DNA of 41,423 nt from positions 1 through 41,423 of IMG/VR virus record IMGVR_UViG_3300017655_000068; one strand, 5' to 3'. The notes beneath the pieces are model-generated. The model made no database searches. It worked only from the letters and a program-made list of their open reading frames with translations, and was not told the DNA's origin. Shown here in pieces: positions 1 to 8,708 of this stretch. Numbering within the stretch: the first letter of the stretch is position 1; the number at the start of each line of letters is the position of its first letter. A program made the translations under genes and the position numbers. Source of the DNA: a virus. Taxonomy: Duplodnaviria; Caudoviricetes.

Positions 1-429
1 ATTTAAGTTATCGCGTAGAAGCCCGACGTCCTTGCGTATGTCAGCGATATCAAACGGAAAGTCGGTGGCGAGTAATTGCGGCTGAGGAAATCGGATAGTC
101 ACAACGTTGCCAGCCGTCGTTACCTCGAGATCCTCCGTTTCTACGCCGATCTTGAACGTTCCCTTTACGGTGAGTTCGTAGTCCTTATCGCCGTACCATT
201 TGGCGTCCGAGTAGCCGACCGTCTTCGAAGCTGTTCCGGTTAAGCCGACGAGTTCTGGCGTGTCGGTTAGCGCTTCAATGACGGCAGCTCGGTCGATGTA
301 GTGTGCGGATGCCTCAGTGACGGGTTTGAGCGACGGTGCTTCGGATGTGGTGCCGCCGATGTTATTTACCGCGAAAAGGGATACGGCGACGACTCCGGAT
401 AGGACGTAGAGTTTCGTTTTCATTCGCAT
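1..429 (-). CDS. Secreted/membrane-anchored protein, DUF4230-like (runs off window edge)
   Basis: Hand-translated, not in the ORF track: AGGAGG RBS then MRMKTKLYVLSGVVAVSLFAVNN... hydrophobic N-terminus; later VKGTFKIGVETEDLEV...VVTIRFPQPQLL resembles DUF4230; open to position 1. Confidence 0.6.
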   Translation of the reverse strand, partial: MRMKTKLYVLSGVVAVSLFAVNNIGGTTSEAPSLKPVTEASAHYIDRAAVIEALTDTPELVGLTGTASKTVGYSDAKWYGDKDYELTVKGTFKIGVETEDLEVTTAGNVVTIRFPQPQLLATDFPFDIADIRKDVGLLRDNLN

Positions 430-471
430 GGGCTGGCGCCTCCTTTCTTCGGAATATCCTTGAATTACGAA

Positions 472-591
472 CTACTCAACCCATTTATGACCGCATCTAG
501 CACATTGACGTTGTATACTATTCCATAACCAAGACTTTGATATATTTGACCTTTTATGACCGAATAACTTACACTTCCAATTCTTAAACAA
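472..591 (-). CDS. Small Cys/His prophage protein, DUF1660-like (39 aa)
   Basis: Hand-translated: AAGGAG RBS, TTG start, MFKNWKCKLFGHK...QCARCGHKWVE; CKLFGHK plus CxRCG pattern. Confidence 0.6.
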   Translation of the reverse strand: MFKNWKCKLFGHKRSNISKSWLWNSIQRQCARCGHKWVE

Positions 592-627
592 TAAATTCAC
601 TCCTTCGCTTTTTCCATCAAATTCGCA

Positions 628-1281
628 TTACCACGACAAGTTATCCGCATGTTGCGCCAGCTTACCGCGGAAGTTAACGTTCAACTCAACAACTTCACAA
701 TACGGCTGACCTCGGAAGTGTTCGATATAAGGAGCGAATCCGCTTTTACTTTCGTCGGGCAAATCGCATTGTCCCGTATGACCTTCGATAATAACGGTAC
801 AACTATCGTGTATTCGTGTAAGAATCTTCTTCATATCGCCGCGTGTATAATTCTGACTTTCCGCTAGGATGACCGTTTTATCTTTTAAGTTAATACCGCG
901 AGCGAATATGTGGCTCATCGGATACACCCAAACGTGACCCGCCTTTAACGCTTCCGTATTCTCTTCGTTATAAACGACTTTCTCCGGAACCTCTCCGATT
1001 TCGAGCAGCGCATCCTTTAATGGCGTTAAATATTCGCTTTCCTTTTCGGCTTGCGTTCCTGGTCGGAATCCCATCTTCTTTTCTTCGACCGGAGAGAATA
1101 CGTATACTAACGGCTTGCCGATAATCTTGGCGCAAGCTACGCCTAACGTTGTCTTACCGGTCCCTGACCTAGCGTTGACTATCGTTAACTGGTTATCGAA
1201 AATACTATCGACATATCGGCGTTGCTCATCGGTTAGTTTCGGTTCAAATCCGAAAAGTAAATTATTCGTTGGTAACGGCAT
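628..1281 (-). CDS. phoH: PhoH-family ATPase
   Basis: LTDEQ..., Walker A ARSGTGKT, MGFRPG, RGINL, ESQN, GHTGQCDL PhoH motifs. Confidence 0.9.
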   Translation of the reverse strand: MPLPTNNLLFGFEPKLTDEQRRYVDSIFDNQLTIVNARSGTGKTTLGVACAKIIGKPLVYVFSPVEEKKMGFRPGTQAEKESEYLTPLKDALLEIGEVPEKVVYNEENTEALKAGHVWVYPMSHIFARGINLKDKTVILAESQNYTRGDMKKILTRIHDSCTVIIEGHTGQCDLPDESKSGFAPYIEHFRGQPYCEVVELNVNFRGKLAQHADNLSW

Positions 1282-1440
1282 TACTTCGCCCCCTCATTCG
1301 TTTTAGACTTCGTAATTGCTTTCGCTTTTGTTCCGCTATCTTTCTCCGAAGTAAAATACGCTACGCCAATCGCGACCGTCAGCACGATCGAAGCGCCGAG
1401 TCCTAGCTGCTGAATTAGCGCGTAGTGTATTTTATTTCTT

Positions 1441-1477
1441 ACACTTATTTAGACGGAGAAAAGTGGCGGTCGTCAAA
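1441..1477 (-). promoter_or_regulatory. Phage-specific promoter motif, copy 1
   Basis: Minus strand TTGACG-N15-CGTCTAAATAAGTGTAAG; same motif at 14641 and 21311. Confidence 0.65.
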
Positions 1478-1486
1478 AACCGCCGC
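1459..1486 (-). terminator. Intrinsic terminator after RNR beta gene, overlapping the promoter -35
   Basis: Minus GCGGCGGT-ttttgacg-ACCGCCAC-TTTT. Confidence 0.55.
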
Positions 1487-1496
1487 TAATTTATTT

Positions 1497-1892
1497 TTAC
1501 AAATCGTCAAATCCGTTATCTACGTTATTAACCTTCGTATACTGGCGACTCTTCTGCTCGAAGAAATCCGATTTCCCTAAGTCGACTTCCTCATACGCCT
1601 TAATCCAACGCATAGGATTCTTACGCGGTGTCTCCGGAAACGCATCGTGACCATATCCGAGCTGATTGCAACGAACGTTAGCGTAAAATTTGATATACTG
1701 CTCGAGATCCGCCATCGAAATACCGTCGATTTTGTTACCGATAATAGAACGACCCCATTCGATTTCTAATTCGGCAGCCTTGCGGAATGTATCGATAGCA
1801 AATTGGCGTAACTCTTCCGTATCGTATTCCGGATTCTCAGCGAGGACTTGACGGAAAATCTTAACGAAGATGTCTACGTGAATCTGTTCGTC
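1497..1892 (-). CDS. nrdB: Ribonucleotide reductase beta subunit, exon 2
   Basis: Starts DEQIH, completing the R-DExxH iron ligand motif with exon 1; ends KSDFFEQKSRQYTK; 396 nt, in frame. Confidence 0.92.
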   Translation of the reverse strand, partial: DEQIHVDIFVKIFRQVLAENPEYDTEELRQFAIDTFRKAAELEIEWGRSIIGNKIDGISMADLEQYIKFYANVRCNQLGYGHDAFPETPRKNPMRWIKAYEEVDLGKSDFFEQKSRQYTKVNNVDNGFDDL

Positions 1893-2680
1893 CTTAATGT
1901 TCACGCAAGGTCGCTACTCTTGCGCCGTCTTTCGACCGCTCGTACTTTCATACGAGAACAGACTATATCATCGCCCGTTTAGAGCGCCTCCCGCTTCCGG
2001 CCGCTTGGCCGTACTCTACTCGCTTCGGACATTAACGCCCGGCTTTCGATAGTCGTTGAACGTTCCATACGCCCCCAAAGTGCTTTCCATCGCCTTTTAT
2101 GTCGGATTAAACTTACGTAACGTGGGTGTAGGCTGTATTTGTCGCCAGCATCATCGTTACTCATTCCGTTGAGTAAATCGTTAATTAACCGCTCGGCTTG
2201 ATCGTCAGACAGTTTCGATTGTGAGTTGCGCTCACCTTTCGCAACAACTCGTAACCCTGTCGTGTCGGCATGCCGTATATTTTCGCTATAAGTTACGATC
2301 TCTAAATTATCTACGTGGTTATTCTGCTTATCTCCGTCGCGATGATTGACCGCCATCCCTTTCGGAATTGGTCCGATAAAATATTGCGCGACTAATCGAT
2401 GTACGTAGAAATTGTGAGTCTTCGCTACTTTGTTATCTCGATAGTTAACGGTGACATATCCGTTCCTATCTACAAATAGCTTTCGCGGCTTATTAGTTTT
2501 CTTCGAAATGATTTCTCCTGTTTCGGTAATGTACCACGGCGCTTCTTTCACTTCTTTTCGCATATTCCCATCCCCTTTGTAATTATTCGATGGGAACGTA
2601 TGGCTTCGCTGCTGATTGCCGTCGACTTTACGTTACGGGTTCCCAGCAATTCAAGAGGTTTTACAACCGCTCACTATTCA
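1893..2680 (-). mobile_element. Group I intron (788 nt) in RNR beta gene
   Basis: 5' splice site after AACCGU with P1 partner GCGGUU (U-G pair); P AAUUGCUGGGAA, Q AAUCAGCAG, R GUUCAACGACUA, S GAUGAUAUAGUCUG; terminal G; removal fuses YINR|DEQIH. Confidence 0.93.
1979..2563 (-). CDS. Intron-encoded HNH homing endonuclease
   Basis: [32 protein letters not shown] motif; C-terminal GERNSQSKL plus HTH-like segment. Confidence 0.92.
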   Translation of the reverse strand: MRKEVKEAPWYITETGEIISKKTNKPRKLFVDRNGYVTVNYRDNKVAKTHNFYVHRLVAQYFIGPIPKGMAVNHRDGDKQNNHVDNLEIVTYSENIRHADTTGLRVVAKGERNSQSKLSDDQAERLINDLLNGMSNDDAGDKYSLHPRYVSLIRHKRRWKALWGRMERSTTIESRALMSEASRVRPSGRKREAL

Positions 2681-3328
2681 ACGGTTGATGTAATTTATCA
2701 TCGTAGACGTTGCGACCATCTTCTGATTACGCGCCAGGTTATAGAAGAACGCAAATCCGCTGTAGAAGAATAATCCTTCGAGAATAACGTCGTAAATAAT
2801 CGATTTTAAGAAGTTCTCAACGTTAGGATTTTCGGCAAAGTCGCGATATCCGCTCGTTACGAAGTCGTTTCGGTCGCGTAGCGTCTGTTCCGATCGCCAA
2901 TAATCGAATACTTTGTCTTGCGTAGCCTTCGGAACTAGCGATGATAAAACGTAAGAATACGAATGGTTATGGATAACTTCCTGTTGCGCCAACATAATCA
3001 TAAGTGCATTAACCGCTGAATCCGTTAAATAGTCCGCTGCTTTGCCGGCATAGTCCGATTGAATCGAGTCTAATAACGCTAATAGACCGATAATCTTTAA
3101 GAATGCATCTTTCTCTGTTTCGGATAGGTCCGGATATTGTTTGATATCTTGCGCCATATTTATTTCAAACGGTGTCCAAAAATTCGATAGCATCTTCTTA
3201 TACTTTGGATATGCCCACGAATAAGCAACGTCATCCCAATTCAACACATTCGAACATTCACCGTTAATAATTCCCGTAGATTTATTCGGAGCATTTACGT
3301 TCATGATTTCTCGTTTTTTCATCGTCAT
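2681..3328 (-). CDS. nrdB: Ribonucleotide reductase beta subunit, exon 1
   Basis: FWTPFEI, LDSIQ, QEVIHNHSY, EGLFFYSGF di-iron/radical motifs. Confidence 0.93.
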
Positions 3329-3361
3329 ATATATAATCGTCTCCTGTCGTTGTTTGTTCGG

Positions 3362-3389
3362 AAAAAAGTAAGGCGGAAATTAATCCGCC
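3362..3389 (-). terminator. Terminator-like hairpin between RNR alpha and beta genes
   Basis: Minus GGCGGA-ttaatt-TCCGCC followed by ttacTTTTTT. Confidence 0.5.
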
Positions 3390-3390
3390 A

Positions 3391-5667
3391 TTAGCTAGAA
3401 CACCAATCGCATTCTTCGATAACGCTCGAAGTATTCCGCAAATAATACGATGTCTTCAAACCTTCGCGCCATGCCACCATATGCAAATCGAGCAGATCCT
3501 TCGCCTTAATCGTATTCTGAACGTAGATGTTAAACGAAATCGCCTGGTCTATATGGCGCTGCCTTTTCGCATTCTGACGGATACTCCATTGTTGATCGAT
3601 AAGGTAAGCCGTCTTTTTATAGATTCCGTACGTCTTATAATCGATATCAGGCGCCGTTACCGGAATCTTGTAGTCTTTCTTTTCTTCGCTGTACTCTATG
3701 TTAAATATCGGATCTATTGACGCTGTTGATCCGGCAATAATCGAAGTAGATGCGTTAGGAGCTACCGCCATTAAGTATCCGTTACGGATTCCGAATTCTT
3801 GAATACGCTCGGCTAGTTCGTTCCAATCCGCTGAATCATATCCGCGCTTAACGAAATAATCCCCGGTTGACCAGTCCGAACCTTCAAACGCTGGATATGC
3901 GCCTTTCTCTACCGCTAGTTCCATCGATGCTTTTATCGTTAAGAATGCGATCTCTTCGTATAATTCGTCCGCAAACTCGACCGCCTCTTCCGATTCCCAT
4001 TCGATGCCTTTCAACGCTAATAAGTGGTGCCATCCGAAAGTACCGAGTCCGACTGCGCGATACTTTTGATTCGTAAGTTGCGCTTGTTTAACCTCGATAT
4101 TGTTAAGGTCGATGACGTTATCTAATGCGCGTACTTGTATCGGAATCAAACGGTCTAATACGTCGTCCATTACGGCTCTTGCAAGATTGATAGACGATAG
4201 GTTACATACGACGAAATCTCCTGGCGTTTTAATCGTTATGATCTTACCGTCTTCCGTAAACTGCTCGTCGATGGTAGTTGGTGATTGATTTTGGCTGATT
4301 TCTGAACATAAATTTGAGCAGTAAATCATTCCGATATGGTTATTCGCATTCATCCGGTTAACTTCGTCACGATAAAACATAAAAGGAGTTCCCGATTCAA
4401 GTTGCGATACCATGATACGCTTCATAATTTCGATAGCTGGCACGATTTGTTTGCTTAATCGATTATCGTGAACACACTCGAAGTATTTCTCACGGAATGA
4501 GCCGTCGCCTTTCTTCTCATCGTAGAAGTCTTCGATAGAATAGCCCATTATCTTCCGAACCTCATGCGGGTCGAATAAGTACCAGTCGCCACGTTTTTCG
4601 ACTTGTTCCATAAATAAGTCCGGAAGGCATACGCCAGTAAATATATCGTGCGTTCTCATTCGCTCATCACCGTTATTTAACTTAGCGTCAAGGAACGAGA
4701 ATATATCTTTATGCCAAACGTCGAGGTAAACGGCAATAGCGCCTTTACGCGTGCCAAGCTGATCTACCGACACCGCCGTATTGTTTAACTGTTTCATCCA
4801 CGGAATTACGCCGCTCGATGCGCCTTTATGTCCGCGAATATCCGAACCTCTAGCGCGAACTTTTCCGAGATACACGCCAATTCCGCCGCCCGATTTCGAT
4901 AGGTTAGCGATGTCCGTATTCGAGTCGAAAATGCCTTGTAACGAATCGTCAACCGTATCTATAAAGCATGACGATAATTGTCCGGTCGTTTTACCTGCGT
5001 TCGCTAATGTCGGAGTGGCAACCGTCATATATAAATTAGAGAGCGCCCAATAGAACGTTTCAACGTATTCCTTACGCTTTTCCTTCGGCTCTTGCGACAT
5101 TAGATGCATCGCGATAACTAACCAACGCTCTTGCGGTAACTCATACGTAGCTTTAGTCGCTTTATCTTGCGCAAGGTAACGGTCGCTTAGCGTTCTAAGT
5201 CCGATATAAGTAAACAACTTATCTCGCTCAGGATCGATAATTTTCGCTAACTCAACGATTTCTTCTTTCGAATAACTTTCGAGAATAGTCGGAGAATAAA
5301 CGCCTTTTGTCGCTAACGTCGTCAACAGCCCGTAAAAGTCGCCGTATTTCTTGCTTGCGTCATATACGCGGTTTCTTGACGCTTCTTTATATAGCTTTCG
5401 CATGTGAACGTACGAAGCAACGAACGTCCAATTTGGCGCTCCCATATCGATATTTTCTAGCGCAGTCATAATAAGTAAATTCGTAATCTGGTCCGCCTTA
5501 TAAACGTCCTGTGACGTAATAGTTGCGATAACTTTATCCGTATATGAATCGACATCTAGCGAAGGATATTCGCGTGTTGCCGATTTAATAAACGCTATTA
5601 AGCGAGGTTCATCGAAAGGTAATTCGCGTTTGCCACCGTTTTTAGTAATCGTTGTATTCTTCGTCAT
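3391..5667 (-). CDS. nrdA: Ribonucleotide reductase class I alpha subunit
   Basis: ATPTLANAG, LSSCF, SNLCSEI, VCNLSS, APNAS, KTSYY, C-terminal ECDWCSS; start moved to the ATG behind the GGGAG RBS. Confidence 0.96.
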   Translation of the reverse strand: MTKNTTITKNGGKRELPFDEPRLIAFIKSATREYPSLDVDSYTDKVIATITSQDVYKADQITNLLIMTALENIDMGAPNWTFVASYVHMRKLYKEASRNRVYDASKKYGDFYGLLTTLATKGVYSPTILESYSKEEIVELAKIIDPERDKLFTYIGLRTLSDRYLAQDKATKATYELPQERWLVIAMHLMSQEPKEKRKEYVETFYWALSNLYMTVATPTLANAGKTTGQLSSCFIDTVDDSLQGIFDSNTDIANLSKSGGGIGVYLGKVRARGSDIRGHKGASSGVIPWMKQLNNTAVSVDQLGTRKGAIAVYLDVWHKDIFSFLDAKLNNGDERMRTHDIFTGVCLPDLFMEQVEKRGDWYLFDPHEVRKIMGYSIEDFYDEKKGDGSFREKYFECVHDNRLSKQIVPAIEIMKRIMVSQLESGTPFMFYRDEVNRMNANNHIGMIYCSNLCSEISQNQSPTTIDEQFTEDGKIITIKTPGDFVVCNLSSINLARAVMDDVLDRLIPIQVRALDNVIDLNNIEVKQAQLTNQKYRAVGLGTFGWHHLLALKGIEWESEEAVEFADELYEEIAFLTIKASMELAVEKGAYPAFEGSDWSTGDYFVKRGYDSADWNELAERIQEFGIRNGYLMAVAPNASTSIIAGSTASIDPIFNIEYSEEKKDYKIPVTAPDIDYKTYGIYKKTAYLIDQQWSIRQNAKRQRHIDQAISFNIYVQNTIKAKDLLDLHMVAWREGLKTSYYLRNTSSVIEECDWCSS

Positions 5668-5692
5668 TAAATCCGCTCCCTTTTCGTTTATA

Positions 5693-5869
5693 TTAGTTAA
5701 ACAATCCGCCAACTATTACGCCCGCCGGAATCGCTACGCAAGCCAATCCGACTATCTTTCCGACAATTGCGCCTGGCTTTCCGTCCGTATCTGCGATTAG
5801 ATAACATAGCGCCAAGAATCCGAGGCATATTAGCGCTATAATTGAGAATGCCGTAGTTATTGCCGTCAT
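5693..5869 (-). CDS. Small two-TM membrane protein (58 aa)
   Basis: Hand-translated MTAITTAFSIIALICLGFLALCYLIADTDGKPGAIVGKIVGLACVAIPAGVIVGGLFN; ATGA overlap with upstream gene, GAGGAG RBS. Confidence 0.7.
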   Translation of the reverse strand: MTAITTAFSIIALICLGFLALCYLIADTDGKPGAIVGKIVGLACVAIPAGVIVGGLFN

Positions 5870-6081
5870 TCCGTTTCCTCCTCTACGATTTCGATTCCGC
5901 TAGCTTTTACGATTTTCAAGTCGTAAATCTGCGCTCTATACGATCGTTTCGATTGCGAGTATCCACGCTTAGCGCCCGTTAAATCGTCGTAACCCGATAT
6001 CGCATTATTACGTCCTTTACGTACATACTCTACGAAACTACCGTCTTTATCGAAATAAGCCAATACGTATAATTCGTTCAT
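5866..6081 (-). CDS. Hypothetical phage protein
   Basis: ORF with overlapping start/stop codons in operon, good RBS. Confidence 0.7.
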   Translation of the reverse strand: MNELYVLAYFDKDGSFVEYVRKGRNNAISGYDDLTGAKRGYSQSKRSYRAQIYDLKIVKASGIEIVEEETE

Positions 6082-6266
6082 CGCTTCCTCTCCTTTTCGA
6101 TTAAACTTTCGATAGCCCTAATCGCCTCTGTCGCCGATTCATATTCGAGGCGCTGTTCGATAAGCTTCCGTTCCAGGCGCGCTATTTCGAATTCAGCGTC
6201 AGCTTGGCGTTGTTGCTGTCCGTTAAGTAAGGCTGCGAGGTTGGATGGCGTAACTCCTTCGGTCAT
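6078..6266 (-). CDS. Hypothetical coiled-coil protein
   Basis: Coupled ORF with heptad-like pattern. Confidence 0.7.
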   Translation of the reverse strand: MTEGVTPSNLAALLNGQQQRQADAEFEIARLERKLIEQRLEYESATEAIRAIESLIEKERKR

Positions 6267-6766
6267 TTCGCGATCACTCCCTTTTCGATTAGATACGCTA
6301 GACCAATTCCGATCGCGTCGCTTTCATCGTCCGACTTGAACGTAAAATCGTCCGGTAATTTCAGCCACTTTCGGACGTGTTCTTCGACTTTATCCTTATC
6401 CGCCTTACCGTCGCCTGTTACGAGAAGCTTAACTCTCGATGGCGTTATCTCCTCCGTAACTTTGTATCCGTATTTTCCGAGGCCAATATCGATAGCAGCC
6501 CAAGCGCCGAAAACCGTCTGTGTCGATCGTTTGTTACGTCCTTTCGTAAAGTGCTCGCGGACTATAACGTCGAATGGTGAATACTCATGCGCTACCATAG
6601 TCGCCAATGCTTCGATGTAGGAGTAACGTTGACTGTCCGGGTTATCCGTCGAAGTCTTAACCGATGTAACGTGGACGAGCGACACTTTAGCGCCCGCCTT
6701 TAGTTGCTTCACGTCGAGTACGGCGAAACCTGGATTCGTTGATATGTCGATTGCTAAGATCCGCAT
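6263..6766 (-). CDS. ruvC: RuvC-like Holliday junction resolvase
   Basis: MRILAIDIS, VIVREHF, PSRVKLLVTGDGKADK, DDESDAIGIG; start at 6766 behind AGGAGG. Confidence 0.88.
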   Translation of the reverse strand: MRILAIDISTNPGFAVLDVKQLKAGAKVSLVHVTSVKTSTDNPDSQRYSYIEALATMVAHEYSPFDVIVREHFTKGRNKRSTQTVFGAWAAIDIGLGKYGYKVTEEITPSRVKLLVTGDGKADKDKVEEHVRKWLKLPDDFTFKSDDESDAIGIGLAYLIEKGVIAK

Positions 6767-7851
6767 TACATCGCCTCCTTGTTCCGCACTCCTTCGATAA
6801 ACTCTAATGCCTCCATAAATCGCTGCTTCTTCCATTCGGGTAATCTCGATTTTCTAATACGCTCAAACTGCGCCTTCAAATTCGCTAACTCTTCGTCACT
6901 TATCGTTTTAGCAATCGAAGTTTTATAATCGTTGAATCCCCAACCGTCAATTATATCTAACGGAGGAGCTTCGGACAGTCGGACAGCTTTCGTTACCTTC
7001 GCAAACTTAGCGAACAATTCATCGCGGTCTGCTTGCGTGATGTATTTACCGAACGTTTTATTGCGGTTAATTTCCTTCTTCCAATCGACGCCATACGTTA
7101 GGTGGTAGAGAACTATATAGTAATCGAGGTTATACATTTCGGAATACATGACCGTTTGCATGGCGTGATCATCTTTCGGCTTCTCGACTTTCTTGAAATC
7201 TACGTAACTCTTTTGGAACGACTTAACTTCGAGTCCAACGCGATACTCCTTACCGTCATCGTCCGTATAAATTAAGATTCCGTCGGGCAATCCGTTGAAT
7301 GCGAATTTCTCACCGTTAAAATCCATCTCGTGCATTTTCTTAACGAAATGTTCAAACGCCGGCTCGTTGCGATTAGTACGTTCGAATCTAAACCTCGGTT
7401 TCTTACCGCTCAACTTTTCGTAATGTCTTTCGATAAGCATAATCTCGCGCTGAATATATCCGCCTACTTGCGATCCTAGCCCGGTCCAGTCGCGCTGATT
7501 TGCTGACGGCCGCTTCTTATCACGCATTGCCTTACGAGCCTTTTCGTAAAGTTCGCGCTCAGACTTATTCGCAGCGCTTGGCGAAAATGCCGGTCTAGGT
7601 GTTCCGTCAGGTGCCGTCTTCCAGTTGAAGTAATTCCATTTCGATTGTTCGCGTAATACTCTCGCATACATTTCGTAAAACTCAGCGTCCATAGCATCGT
7701 CGTAAGGTTGTTCGTAAGTATGGAAATCGTAAAGTAGGTCGTTAAATTCTTGCGCTATTTTATCCGCCATTTGTTGGTCGGTAGTTTTCATAAATTCGCC
7801 AAGTCCCGCACGTAAAGCCGCCGCTGCTGTTTTTGCGTTTAGTTGTCCGAT
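6766..7851 (-). CDS. PD-(D/E)XK exonuclease (lambda-exo/Cas4-like fold)
   Basis: FSPS, GLPDGIL, GLEVKS, HAMQTVMY motifs; start uncertain (ATC behind AGGAGG, or ATG at 7791). Confidence 0.75.
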   Translation of the reverse strand: MGQLNAKTAAAALRAGLGEFMKTTDQQMADKIAQEFNDLLYDFHTYEQPYDDAMDAEFYEMYARVLREQSKWNYFNWKTAPDGTPRPAFSPSAANKSERELYEKARKAMRDKKRPSANQRDWTGLGSQVGGYIQREIMLIERHYEKLSGKKPRFRFERTNRNEPAFEHFVKKMHEMDFNGEKFAFNGLPDGILIYTDDDGKEYRVGLEVKSFQKSYVDFKKVEKPKDDHAMQTVMYSEMYNLDYYIVLYHLTYGVDWKKEINRNKTFGKYITQADRDELFAKFAKVTKAVRLSEAPPLDIIDGWGFNDYKTSIAKTISDEELANLKAQFERIRKSRLPEWKKQRFMEALEFIEGVRNKEAM

Positions 7852-7864
7852 AAAGCATCGCCTC

Positions 7865-8059
7865 CTATATAACTTCAACGTAAGATATTTTTGTAATGTC
7901 GATACAAACGTTTCCTTTGTTACTGTTGTCTCCGAAAAGAATGTAATAGCGCTCCTTCGTTAACTCCGTTAGAAAATCGCCAAATGTTTTCGAGGTATCA
8001 TTCGGGGATAACCTAAATTCCTTACCGCAATCCATAACGATTTTTATTTTTAACGCCAA
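7865..8059 (-). CDS. Hypothetical protein
   Basis: GGAGG RBS, TTG start, fills operon. Confidence 0.65.
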   Translation of the reverse strand: MALKIKIVMDCGKEFRLSPNDTSKTFGDFLTELTKERYYILFGDNSNKGNVCIDITKISYVEVI

Positions 8060-8134
8060 TTACAACGCCTCCCATCCGAATAATGTCAACGCCAGGATTA
8101 CGCAAGTAATAACGAACCCTCTCATCGCATCCAT
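8060..8134 (-). CDS. Small hydrophobic peptide (24 aa)
   Basis: Hand-translated MDAMRGFVITCVILALTLFGWEAL; TAATG coupling upstream, abuts next start. Confidence 0.5.
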   Translation of the reverse strand: MDAMRGFVITCVILALTLFGWEAL

Positions 8135-8415
8135 TACTTCGCTTCTTTCGCAATCTGAACGCAATCTCGGAATTCGTCCGGTATAGCAAACCCGTGCGAC
8201 TTCGCCATGAGTACGTCGTTTCGATAAAAGAGCATGAACGGTACTGATTGAAACGGTAAGTTATCGCGTTCGTCTTCGGTTAAATCGTTCATGACGTCGA
8301 TGGTCTCGATCGTTAAGTTTTGTTCGGCGATAAAGTCGGATTCTGAGCGTAGGTAAGCGTCAACCATTCGGCATGCTGGACAGACTTCTTTAGCGTATTT
8401 TTTAATCGTAATCAT
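8134..8415 (-). CDS. Thioredoxin-like protein (probable RNR reductant)
   Basis: CPAC active site, QSVP cis-Pro motif; ATGA overlap supports start 8415. Confidence 0.85.
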   Translation of the reverse strand: MITIKKYAKEVCPACRMVDAYLRSESDFIAEQNLTIETIDVMNDLTEDERDNLPFQSVPFMLFYRNDVLMAKSHGFAIPDEFRDCVQIAKEAK

Positions 8416-8708
8416 ACGTTCACCCATCTCGTAATTGTGACTTCGCGTTTTTCTACTTCGGTTAAATCTCCGTCGTTGTAATCTTTTTCGAACGAGTAAT
8501 CTTCGTAACCGTAACGAATCCAGAATAGATCTACACGAAAATACTTACCGTCTGATTCGCGTTGGTAAATATGCGATACATAACGGCCATTATCGTCCAT
8601 ATCTTCGTCTAACTCTGCGACGTGATTATATTTAATTCCTTCGATTTCCACATCGTAACTCTCACGTACCTCTTCGCTTAATTGATCGAATGTTAATTTT
8701 AATTTCAT
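8412..8708 (-). CDS. Hypothetical acidic protein
   Basis: Coupled ORF. Confidence 0.7.
   Translation of the reverse strand: MKLKLTFDQLSEEVRESYDVEIEGIKYNHVAELDEDMDDNGRYVSHIYQRESDGKYFRVDLFWIRYGYEDYSFEKDYNDGDLTEVEKREVTITRWVNV

Noticed and set aside
1497-3328. RNR beta as a pseudogene or two separate genes
   Set aside because: Group I intron elements and an in-frame splice junction explain the split
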